The position numbers were made by a program, and so were the translations under genes. The notes under the pieces are model-generated. The model made no database searches, was not told the DNA's origin, and saw only the letters and a program-made list of their open reading frames with translations. Below are positions 26,059 to 36,755 of a DNA stretch of 64,000 bases, in pieces. Position 1 is the stretch's first letter. Every line of letters begins with the position of its first letter. This DNA comes from Octopus sinensis (lineage: Eukaryota), in contig NC_043012.1 in the NCBI RefSeq assembly GCF_006345805.1, positions 53,010,001-53,074,000 on the forward strand, read 5' to 3'.

Positions 26059-26524
26059 ACATTCAATAGGCTTTTTACGGTTTCCATCTACCAAATCTAC
26101 TCACAAGATTTTGATCAGCCCTAGGTTATAGAAAAAACTTGCTCAAAGTGGTACACAGAAGGACTGAACCTAAACCGTTGTGGTAGGAAAGCAAACTTCT
26201 CGTGATCTATCATGATCTAATAAGTACAATTCCAAAGGACTGCTGAAATACCACCCTACACTCCACACTGGTTAAATATTACTAGTTTTACTACTAATCA
26301 TCTCGCTTAAAATGTTCTCTATTCCAAGCAGTGTGGTATAGCTTTTATAAAGACAAGATGGTGTTAAATTTCTCAATCCTCGTACAATCTTAGTTGATTA
26401 AATATGGAATCAATAAATATACATGATTAATGCATTGCAGAATTTTGGAACTTGCTAATCTATCTGAAATGTGCATAAGCTGATTAAACAATGTACAATT
26501 TTCCATTCTTTAGTGTGTGTGGTG

Positions 26525-26569
<45 letters not shown>

Positions 26570-26604
26570 GTAAATATAATATGTGACAATTATTCGGTAG
26601 CGAA

Positions 26605-26665
26605 GATAAAACTCTGAGTTTCGGATGCCGAGGTGGAAATCCACACCATCATCTCTTCAGTTATC
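26605..26665 (-). ncRNA. Type I hammerhead-like motif, family 2 (sense to COG1 pre-mRNA)
   Basis: Reverse complement reads GAUAA-CUGAAGA-GAUG...CAUC-C-GAAA-CUCAGAGU-U-UUAUC. Stem I GAUAA/UUAUC, stem III ACUC-A-GAGU, GUU triplet, one extra C before GAAA. Confidence 0.55.
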
Positions 26666-26888
26666 CGGCCATCGGAAAAACGGTATGAAAAAAGACAGTT
26701 ATACAAAGGAAAATTACATGGGTGTGCGAGCGCACATGTGTACGTATGAACAGGCGCACTTACACGTTTACTATGAACTTTTTACCTTAATTAGCGGTCT
26801 TTCGAATTAGCGCTTTCGTATATATAGCAGTCTATAACACAGTAATTTCCCTTTGTATAACGGTCTTTTTTCATAGCATTTTTCTGAT

Positions 26889-26960
26889 GGCCAGATAACT
26901 GAAGAGATGGCGGCGTGGATTTCTACCTCAGCATCCAAAACTCAGAGTTTTATCTTGGCT
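26889..26960 (+). ncRNA. Inverted partner copy of the family-2 hammerhead, G12 mutated
   Basis: GGCCAGAUAA-CUGAAGA...CAUCC-AAAA-CUCAGAGUU-UUAUCU(U)GGCU. 10-bp stem I with a U bulge, but CGAAA has become CAAAA (CpG-type change). Confidence 0.45.
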
Positions 26961-27328
26961 ACCGAATAACTGTCACATATTATATTTACAGATAAATTCC
27001 TCTATTTACATAATATTGATGTCTGTCTCTTTCTTTTGTTATCTTACCGTTTTTACCAATATATATATATATATATATAGTGAGAGTGACCCAGTGGGCT
27101 TCTTTGATTTCCCCTCTACCAAATTCATTCACAAGACTTTGGTCAGCCCTAGGTTATAGCAAAAGACACTTGCCCAAATGCCACACAGAGAGACTGAACC
27201 CAAATCCATGTGGTAGGGAAGCAGACATATCAACCACACAGCCATGCCCCACAATAACATTCAATACAACAAAAACAAAAAGTTTATACAAAAATAATAC
27301 TACCATTACCACTACTAAGACTACGTAC

Positions 27329-27427
27329 TTTATCTCTTTCTCTGAGTTTTCAACAGCCGTGATGCAGTTGTACAAATGAGGGCAAAGGTCAGTTAATGCG
27401 TAGCAGAAGCGTCCGACCAATATCACT
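27329..27427 (-). CDS. COG1: COG1 internal exon (phase 2-2, 99 bp): VILVGRFCYALTDLCPHLYNCITAVENSEKEI(K)
   Basis: Acceptor tatattttcag|A, donor ATAAA|gtacgt. Matches the conserved VLFMARLCQSLGELCPHLKQCI motif. Confidence 0.93.
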
Positions 27428-27685
27428 CTGAAAATATAAAGCAGAAAGTAGCTCTTAACGAAACATGCAAAGACAACAAAATCTACATGATGGAGGTAGT
27501 GACAGGTTAATGGTTGAGAAGATGGCCTACGATGGTAGTAGCAATGGTGGGGGTTACTGTTGCATAGGTGCATGGACCCCCCAGGAATAAGCCTAGTAAC
27601 GCTTTTCAGGTTTAGAAAATAATGAGTAAATAGTTATCTGTAAAAAGTACCTTGAATTAGGTTTCTTCACAAAGAACACAGAACA

Positions 27686-28155
27686 TCGTCATCATCATCA
27701 TTGTTTAACGTCCGCTTTCCATGCTAGCATGGGTTGGACGATTTGACTGAGGTCTGGCAAACCAGATGGCTGCAGCAGGCTCTAATCTGATCCGGCAGAG
27801 TTTCTACAGCTGGATGCCCTTCCTAATGCCAACCACTCCGAGAGTGTAGTGGGTGCTTTTATGTGCCACCGGCATGAGGGCCAGTCAGGTAGTACAGGGA
27901 ACGGTCATGCTCAAATGGTGCTTTTTATGTGCCACTTGCACAGGAGCCAGTTCAGCGGCACTGGCAACGACCTCGCTCAAATGTTTTTTCACGTACCACC
28001 AGCACAAGTGCCAGTAAGGTGACGCCGGTAACAATCACGCTTGTATGGTGCTTTTTACATGCTACCAGCACAGAAGCCAGTTTGTTGCTCTGGCTACAAT
28101 CACGCTCGGATGGTACTCTTAGCGCTCCACTAGCACGAATGCCAGTCATCGAATT
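27686..28155 (-). mobile_element. Retroposon family C, long copy
   Basis: (cat)n-tgtttaacgtccgctttccatgctagc... Other minus copies at about 2085-2290, 5395-5610, 31718-31980, 42160-42335, 57700-57975, 58210-58640. Confidence 0.8.
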
Positions 28156-28413
28156 TGGAAAAAAATTTGGGGCCTGGGTGTGCACTCCCTAAGCAAATTT
28201 CATTCCTGAGCCAGTGCATAGGTGTTGAGAGACAGTATTGATGGCAAGAGATTATGCTTGTAGAAGGAAATGCTGTTGATTACAGTGGTATGTGTAGTGG
28301 TATTGGTGGTTTGTAGTAGTATTGGTGTTTATAGTGGGATTGATGGTGATTCATTTAGAAAACAAGGAACAACATTTGTAGATGGGTAATTTGTAGTGGT
28401 GATGATTGACATA

Positions 28414-28973
28414 CGGGCTCTAGTCAAAAAGTATCAAGACTGTTGCTATGGTAACAGAACTAAAATACGCCAAGTCAAGCCACTTGGCTCAGATTGACCT
28501 TGAACTCTGTTGGACATGCACACTAAGTTATAACTTTCTCACCCACTTCCATTGTTTACAGTAGTGTCTGGAAGTAAAGTGTGTAGGCTGTGGTCATCTC
28601 AAAAAGAAGATCGAGATTCAGCTGGACAGGATCTCGTTGATTGTATTGAGGAAGACAAAAACTTCTTGAAAATGGTCATAAAAAGGGACAAATAGTTAGC
28701 CTTTGGCTAGGACCCCAAAACCAAGACTCAGTCTTGGCAGTGGACAACCCCAACAAGATTGCAAGATGTTCAGGAAATCCAAGTGAATATCAGAATATCA
28801 GCTCATTATTCCAAAACAGGAGTTCCAGGAATGCTTCTATCAACGGAAATGATGCTGGATAAAGTGAGTGGCTTCACAAGGAAACCACTTCAAAGAAGTG
28901 AATTGCTGAATTGATACGTTTTATAGTTTTCTTTTTCTAGCACCAGTCCTGATATTTTTTTATCAGACCTCAA
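28414..28973 (+). mobile_element. Mariner deletion derivative
   Basis: Imperfect TIRs (left cgggctctagtcaaaaagtatcaagactg; right rc ttgaggtctgataaaaaaatatcaggactg), TA flanks. Remnant peptides EDKNFLKMVI...DPKTKTQSWQW and IPKQEFQECF. Confidence 0.7.
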
Positions 28974-29329
28974 TAATTTTTTTCTAATTTTGGCAGAAGG
29001 CCAACAGTTTTGAGAGGAAGAGGCAAGTCAGTGGCACCAACCCCAGTCCTTCACTGGTACTTATTTTATCAGCCCCCAAAAGGATGAACGTCAAACATGA
29101 CTTTGATAGAATCTGAACACAGACCATAAAGATCTGAAAGAAATACCGCTCAATATTTTGTCTAACATGCTAATTCTGCCATCTTTAGTAATAATTATTA
29201 CGATTACTAAAATAATAATAACAATGATAATAATTACAAAAGTAGTTGTCATGAACATAGGCACAAGTCCAGCAATCTGAAAGGAAAGGTTAGGCAATGA
29301 ACTCAACTCCCACAACAAATTCTTCTTAC

Positions 29330-29422
29330 TTGTTAATGGTGATTTCATTAGTGATCTGGTCTTGTATTTCTTCTAGAGACTTCTTCCATAGCTGCATTTG
29401 TTCACTGATATACTCCAGAACC
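29330..29422 (-). CDS. COG1: COG1 internal exon (phase 2-2, 93 bp): VLEYISEQMQLWKKSLEEIQDQITNEITIN(K)
   Basis: Acceptor (ct)n-cacgcacactctag|G, donor AACAA|gtaaga. In frame with both neighbours; positionally matches human IVDCIRAELQSIEEGV. Confidence 0.83.
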
Positions 29423-29433
29423 CTAGAGTGTGC

Positions 29434-29468
<35 letters not shown>

Positions 29469-30013
29469 GAAAACAAACATAAATAGGTAAATAAACAAAC
29501 ATGAATTAACCATTTCAGTACCAAATTTTTGTTAAATTACACTACCTTTCTTTCGATTAATTTTTAAAATAATGAAGAATTTATTAAAATATCTTTTAAA
29601 TAGGGCACTGCCAATGGGCTGATAACAGCTGAACTATAGACAGGAACTTTGTTGCAGGCTAGCTTGTAAACTGGTCTGCAGAGAGAAGGGACTTGTGGTA
29701 AGGCAGGAATGGAGACTGGGGATTTAGATGGCCAATCGTACTCACCCCCACATTGTAGTTGATTGAAGCAAAATAAACAATATACTGACACACTCTTGTT
29801 CCACATTATTTTCATGTATAACTTAACAAGATAGTCAAATGGGGTTTTCAACAAAAATCAACATGAAATTTTGACAGAACATTTCAGCTTAGATCACTTC
29901 AAAATGTAAAGTTGCATCATAGAACCCAGGGTGGTTTCAGGAAGGTTACTATCTAAAGGGCTAATAAAGGAAGGAATAAGGATCACAGTGATTTTTTTTA
30001 CAAGAAGTAAAAA

Positions 30014-30422
30014 AGGCACAGGAGTGGCTATGTGGTAAGTAGCTTGCTTACGAACCACATGGTTCTGGGTTCAGTCCCACTGCATGGCACCTTGGGCAAG
30101 TGTCTTCTACTATAGCCTTGGGCCAACCAAAGCCTTGTGAGTAGATTTGGTAGACGGAAACTGAAAGAAGCCCATCGTATATATATATATATATATATAT
30201 ATATGCATGTGTGTGTGTATATGTTTGTGTGTCTGTGTTTGTCCCCCCAACATCACTTGACAACCAATGCTGGTGTGTTTACGTCCCCATAACTTACCGG
30301 TTCAGCAAAAGTGACCGATAGAATAAGTACTAGGCTTACAAAGAATAAGTCCTGGAGTAGATTTGCTCAACTAAAGGCGGTGCTCCAGCATGGTCGCAGT
30401 CAAATGACTGAAACAAGTAAAA
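30014..30422 (+). mobile_element. SINE family B
   Basis: Full-length match with internal (TA)n(TG)n. Confidence 0.85.
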
Positions 30423-30932
30423 TACGTAAGCAAAACACATTATCAGTAATACTACAACTGATGCACTACTGAAAACTAGATTTTGTAGCTGGCTTGCACC
30501 TCTGCAATCCTGGATATAGTGTCTCATAATTCCTCTCAAATACTTCTTCTGCTTTGATTAACCTTTACTGGATGGAAAACAAGTACACCCAGTTCCATAT
30601 ATGTGCACTTGAGACATGGTAACCAAGGTGACTTGCCTTTGATAATGGAGTACTTTCCGGGTTTCTACACACTTCATATGTCATAGTATCTTTTATCTTC
30701 TACTTGTTTCAGTCACTAAACTGTGGCCATGCTGCAGCACCACCTTGAGGAAGTTTTAGTCAAATGAATTGAATCCAATATTGATTTTTTTTTAAAGCCT
30801 GGTACTTATTCTATCAGTCTCTTTTGCTGAACCACTAAGTTGTAGGGATATAAACACACCAATACTACTTGTCAAGCAATGGGAGGGGACAGACACAAAT
30901 ACACAAACACACACACACACACACACACACAT

Positions 30933-30988
<56 letters not shown>

Positions 30989-31344
30989 AGTAAATATTAT
31001 TTTTTGATGAGCTTCAGCTTATAAGCAATCACCGTGAATAATAATATTTGTTTTTTTTTCTATAAGCTTAAAGCTTGTAAGTGATCACTATGAAATAAGC
31101 TTATAAACAAATACTATTATTTACAGAATTGTAAAATTCTGCACTGCTTATCAAATCATCACAGAAAACACATATGTGTGCATATACACACACACACACA
31201 TATGATAGGCTTCTTTTAGTTTCTGTTTACCAACTTGGGTAGCTTAAGGCTATAGTAGAAGACACTTGCCCAAGGTGTCACATAGTGGGACTGAACCCAG
31301 AACCATGTGGTTGGGAAACAAGTTCTTACTACAGAACCACTCCT

Positions 31345-31712
31345 GTACTTGTACTAACATTCACCCTGGGCAGGTTGAGTCGGCTTCTTCTACCACCTTC
31401 GAGGCATCTCGGACCATGATAGTGGAAGGAGTTTCGTGGGAATACGAATTTCACAAGCGGTCCCCAACAATCCTGCATGTAGAGACATCCTGTTTGCCGC
31501 AGATTGTCCGCAGACGCAGGGACAGAACGACCGAGGAGCCACCGGTTGCCGAAATAGACACTCCGAGGATTTTCACCAGAGCCCCCCGTCTGCCGGGTTG
31601 TGGCCCTAATACCACTCGGTGTCAGACCAATCCGCCTTGGGTGGCCCTACCAGGAACCGAAGTTCCCGACGGCATAGCTCTGACACTACCCGTTGCCAGC
31701 GTCCCCACCACT
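31345..31712. other. GC- and CpG-rich unassigned insert, probably a retroelement fragment
   Basis: Visibly GC-rich with many intact CpGs against an AT-rich background. Lies between a SINE B head and a family C tail. Confidence 0.45.
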
Positions 31713-33563
31713 TATATGTGCTTATATCATCATCATCATCATCATCATTTAACGTCCGCTTTCCATGCTAGCATGGGTTGGACGGTTCAACTGAGGTCTG
31801 GAGAGCCCGAAGGCTGCACCAGGCCAGTCAGATCTGGCAGTGTTTCTACAGCTGGATGCCCTTCCTAACACCAACCACTCCGAGAGTGTAGTGGGTGATT
31901 TTATGTGCCACCGACACAGGTGCCAGACGAGGCTGGCGAACGGCCACGCTCGAATGGTGTTTTTTATGTGCCGTACATATTATTTTGCCTGCCCAATAGA
32001 AAGAAGTCGCAAGAAAAGATTTCCATATAATTAGAGTTACCATCACCATCTGATATGTAAAAAAATTGAATCGATACAGTAAGGGTTAAGCCTCATGGGA
32101 AATAAAGAAAAAAATAAACTCAGCTCAGCTTTGTTTCTTTTTGTATGTATGCATGTGTGTGTGAATGAGCAAGCATAAACATGTATTTGCATGCACATAA
32201 GAGTGTGTGTGAGAGTTTCCTTTTGATAGTTTATGAAGTAGACGTTTGATCAATTCAGATGGTATCAACCAACTCAACAGGCCACACCAATCTTTTACTG
32301 ATTTCAGTTACTGGATTGCAGTGGTTTTCTGGTCATCAACATCAAGAGCTTAACCAGTCATATTCAGCTCAAAAACACACAAAGAAGCAGAATGGATACT
32401 GCAAAGCAGTCCCTCTGATGCTCTGACAACTCTGCCAATCCACTGCCCTGATACGGTACTTCATTTTATCAACTCCAAAAGGATGATAAGCAAAATTACC
32501 CGAGGTGAGATTTGAACTCAGAATCCAGAAAGAGTAAGAACCAAGAGACACAAAACATTTAATCTGATCCTCTAACAACTCAGCCAATCCATCTTCGGTG
32601 AAACAACAGCTACAGGAACGAGAGCAACAGATATCTGAAATAAGGATTTGGATGTGTAACCGTTCAGTTAGTCAAAGAAGACTGCATAACCTTAAAAATT
32701 ACTGCCACCACTATGCCTCATAAACCACGACAACAACAACAATAACAACCACAACCACAACAACAAAAACAACAAATATGATTTTATTTGAGACCAAATC
32801 TGACTGTGTGAAAGATTATATTTAACATTTAGATCACTGGAAGGTGATTAGTCGGTGAGGAAGAAGATATTAAGTTAAAGACTCCCCTCCATGTGAACTA
32901 AAACTGTCTTCAGAAGTGTTCAAAACCACATGATGATGATGATGATGATGATAAAACTAAAAGAAAAGTATCAAAATATCAAAATACATTCAAATTTTCT
33001 CTTCTCTTTCAGCAAGTAACACTGCAACCACACAAAATTCTCTCTGGCATATTTGTTCGACAGAAATAATTCAGAACTATTAAATAAGTGACTTAATGTC
33101 CTTAGGGAATTGTATAATTTATTAAATAACTCTGGCTTCAGCCAAGTCTTTTCTCGATGCTTACACCAAGTAAACAAAAGAGCCAAAATATTGAAAAAAA
33201 AAAAAAGAAAGAAAAAGATAATAAAATCATAAAATGTAGAAAAAGATTTCAAGAAGAAAAAAAAATAGTGCTTTTGTCTTTTGGTAGCAATAGATTAATG
33301 GATCAAAACTATATTTCAGAGCAAAGCTAAGGTAACATCACATTGAATTCAGAAATAATGAAGCATCAGAAAAAGACTAAGGTGGTTTCTAAGACAGTTT
33401 AGGCTGGAAGTGAGTTTTTAATTCATGTTGTTGTTTAAGTCCCAGGTGTACCCTGATTGTATTCAGTGATATTCGAAAGCATTCCAACCATAGCCACTCC
33501 ATGATATATCTTCCTTGCTCCATCCAATGTGACTGGATTAGTTAGAAAGAATCTGGAAAAAGC

Positions 33564-33595
<32 letters not shown>

Positions 33596-33859
33596 ATCTT
33601 TGTATTTTTCCCCCACCACTGCTTCACAACCAGTGTTAGCATGGTTACATCCCTGTAAATTTGCAATTCAACAAAAGGGATGATAGAATAAGTACCAGGC
33701 TTAAAAAAAAAAAATTATAAGTATTTGGGGTCAATTCATTCCAACATGATGTATCTACCTTGCTCCATCAGGATAATGAATAGCAGCAAATGAATGACTT
33801 CCGAGGGGAATACAAAGGTTCTTTCTTGTTTCCTTCTTTCAGATGTTTTAAATTACATT

Positions 33860-34200
33860 GTTGGCTCCACAGCAAGGTGATGCCTTTGTTGCAAGTGTGG
33901 TGAGAGCCACACCAATGGAGTGCAAGCTCTTGGTAGGGTTTCCCATGCTGGACAGGTCAAAGAGTAGAGGCCAAACTAATAGACCTACTTCTCTGCAATG
34001 TGCATAGGGATAACAGCCCTCTCAAGAAAAAAAAAAAACTAAGTTACAAAAGCATTGATCACAATTCAAAACCAACAAGAAAAGGGAGAGAAAAACCTTC
34101 CACAAAAACATGAACAGAAGCTGCAAGGAAAAGCAGGGATCCAGCTGAAGAGAAACAAAAAGGGCAGCCTTTGCTCAGGGCTGATCTGAAGCTAAGAAAC
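33860..34200 (+). mobile_element. Possible degenerate RTE-type LINE 5' leader
   Basis: ggtagggtttcccatgctggacaggtcaaagagtagaggccaaactaa resembles RTE leaders as I recall them. No ORF. Confidence 0.3.
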
Positions 34201-34244
34201 AGCAGTAGCAACAACAAAATTGAGCCAAAGCTTCAACTTATTAA

Positions 34245-34900
34245 CCTTTAGCATGCTGTAGATGCATCATGTTGCAGTACGATCAATGGAGCAGCCCTCT
34301 CATGAAATTAATGTGTAAGTGGCTGAGCACTCCACATACATATGTAGCCCTAATGTAGTTCTCAGGGAGATTCAGCGTGACACAGAGTGTGACAAGGCTG
34401 GCCCTTTCAAATACAGGTACTACTCGTTTTTGCCAGATGAGTGGACTGGAGCAATGTGGAATAAAGTGTCTTGCTCAAGGACACAACATGTCACTGGGAA
34501 TTGAACTCATGACGTTGCGATCGTGAGCTGAATACCCTAAACACTAAGTCAAGTGCCTTCACACATACATATATACACATTCTTTTATATATTTCAGCCC
34601 TAAGGTTGTGGCCATGCTGGAGCACATACACATTCACACACAATGCACATGTTTTAGTTTCCATCTACTACATCTACTCACACTGTTTTGGTTGAACCAT
34701 GGCTATAGTAGAAGACACTTGACCAAGGTAGGTACCATGCAGTAGGACTGAACTTGAAAGAGCATGGGTGAGAAGCAAACTTCTTAATCACAGAGCCATG
34801 CCTTGCAAACATGAAAAATAATCTCAATACAGCACAATGCACCTTAGCTATAAGGGAGAAAACTCACACGGTACCATGATGCACTTAAGTGAGCTAAAGG
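34245..34900. mobile_element. piggyBac-like non-autonomous element carrying nested SINEs
   Basis: TTAA at 34241-34244 and 34901-34904. TIR cctttagc/gctaaagg plus subterminal tgcatcatg inverted repeat. Confidence 0.55.
34281..34562 (-). mobile_element. SINE family D
   Basis: Reverse complement of 18547-18830 type. Confidence 0.8.
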
Positions 34901-34965
34901 TTAATGAAATATTTTCTGTAATTAAAAGGAATTGTAAACAAAAGTAATCAAGACTTATTCCTTAC

Positions 34966-35136
34966 TGAATTATACAGTTCTCTGTAGATTTCTTGACGAA
35001 CCCCTTTATTTCTGGACTGTCAGCCAACTGGTCGAAGGGGCTTGGCTGCGAGTTGGATGTTTCACCTTCTGCATTTAGGTAAGGTGTAACATCTTCCAAC
35101 ATGGTCTTCAACTTGTCGTTAAATGTTTTACATAGG
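34966..35136 (-). CDS. COG1: COG1 internal exon (phase 2-2, 171 bp): LCKTFNDKLKTMLEDVTPYLNAEGETSNSQPSPFDQLADSPEIKGFVKKSTENCII(Q)
   Basis: Acceptor cttctatttcag|C, donor ATTCA|gtaagg. Matches human FCSALDSKLKVKLDDLLAYLP...SAFDRYADAGTVQEMLRTQSVACI. Confidence 0.93.
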
Positions 35137-35696
35137 CTGAAATAGAAGAGAACACTAAAATAAGACAAGAGTAGATGTAAAGGAGAGCAATGATGAAGGA
35201 CATGCCACCACCACCACCACCACCACCATCACCATCATCAACAGCAGCAACAGCAGCACCACCAATTCAATCATCAGCATGATAAACTTAAAGAGCAATA
35301 TGAGAGCCTCTTAGGAACCTCATAACCCGCTAGAAACATTAGAAAATTGATTATAAAATATTATTTGGAATTCAAATATAGGCAGGACATGTTTGATAAT
35401 GTTGATTAAGATGTGTTTTGCCTGGAAAAATAAATAAGTTGTGAAGTCAAGACTGGAATATTAACCGATTACAGATCTGCATGATCGAGGCTGTCTCAGG
35501 GCAAAACATGAACATGGTACACTACAGGATGTCAGAATATGCAATAGGAACATTGTAGACTGCTGAATTTGTGGGTTTCATGGAGATTAGACCTAGATCA
35601 AAGACAATCTAACCATGACCACTCCATCTTTTTTGATTTGCTCTGATATATATACTACATATAATACAGTTCTATATTTAAGACATGATGAATTAT

Positions 35697-36002
35697 GTAC
35701 ATTATTTACATCCGATGGATATTTGTCCTCATCTTGTTTGTTGTTACACAACATTTCGGCTGATATACCCACCAGCCTTCATCAGGTATCTTGGGGAAAT
35801 TTCGAACCTGGGTTCTCATTCCCATGGTATTTTTTATGTTGTTGTTATTATTATTATTATTATTATTATTCAGGTCACAATTGAACTTGGAATCTAATAT
35901 TTTCCTATCCTTCCTGATGAAGGCTGGGGGGTATATCAGCTGAAACGTTATGTTAACAACAAACAAGATGAGGACAAATATCCATTAAATGTAAATAATG
36001 TA
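35697..36002. mobile_element. Inverted-repeat element with two CUGAUGA-A-stem II-GAAA hammerhead-like motifs (35746-35789 minus; 35914-35949 plus)
   Basis: About 90-bp arms 35697-35786 and 35913-36002. Both carry CTGATGA-A-GGCTG-loop-CAGC(C/T)-GAAA. Confidence 0.5.
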
Positions 36003-36038
36003 AATAATGTATATACTAAATATATACTGCATATTGCT

Positions 36039-36310
36039 GTGAAGGCCTGTGGCTTACTGGCTATGGTCTCCAGCTCACAATCATAAGGTTGTAAACTTGA
36101 TTCTCAATTGTGTGTTGTGTCCTGATCCAGTTCATTTAGCTAAGAAATGTGAGCAGTACCCGTATCAATGCTGAATCTCCCGAGAACTACATTGACGGTA
36201 TGTGCGTCTGTTGAGTGCTAGGCCACTTGCACTTTAATCTCACAAGCAAACTGTTCTGATGATCAGATTAACTGGGAGACTCATCACTGCAACTGATGGA
36301 ATGCCAGAAA
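36039..36310 (+). mobile_element. SINE family D
   Basis: Matches 18547-18830. Confidence 0.75.
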
Positions 36311-36380
36311 AAATTGCATAATAAATTAAAAAAATATACGCTGCATACAAAACAGTCTTACTAAAAGTTTAAGATTCACT

Positions 36381-36755
36381 GAGGTTCAGTCCCACTGTGT
36401 GGCACCTTGGGCAAGTGTCTTCTACTATAGTCTCAGGCCGACCAAAGCCTTGTGAATGGATTTGGTAGATGAAAACTGAAAGAAGCCCATCTTATATCAT
36501 CATCATCATCATCGTTTAACGTCCATTTTCCGTACTAGCACATGTGTGTGTGTGTGTGTTTGTGTGTCTGTGTTTGTCCCCCCAACATCACTTGACAACC
36601 GATGCTGGTGTGTTTACGTCCACATAACTTAGCGGTTCGGCGAACCGATAGAATAAGTACTAGGCTCACAAAGAAAAAGTCCTGGGGTCGATTTGCTCGA
36701 TTAGAGGTGGTGCTCCAGCATGGCCACAGTCACATGACTGAAACAAGTAAAAGAG
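36381..36755 (+). mobile_element. SINE family B, 5' truncated, with a family C tail fragment inside its microsatellite
   Basis: Matches consensus from ggttcagtcccact. (cat)n-cgtttaacgtcc inserted at about 36495-36540. Confidence 0.8.

Larger units (their letters stand above)
26565..27060. mobile_element. Inverted-repeat HHR-bearing element bounded by (TA)n
   Basis: Arms about 26565-26718 and 26842-26995 are reverse complements with a 123-bp spacer. (TA)n arrays on both sides. Confidence 0.55.

Noticed and set aside
33860-33990. HDV-like ribozyme in the RTE-type leader
   Set aside because: A possible P3/L3 (GGU-UUCCCAU-GCU) and CUAA are present, but I could not build P1 and P2 consistently; degenerate at best.
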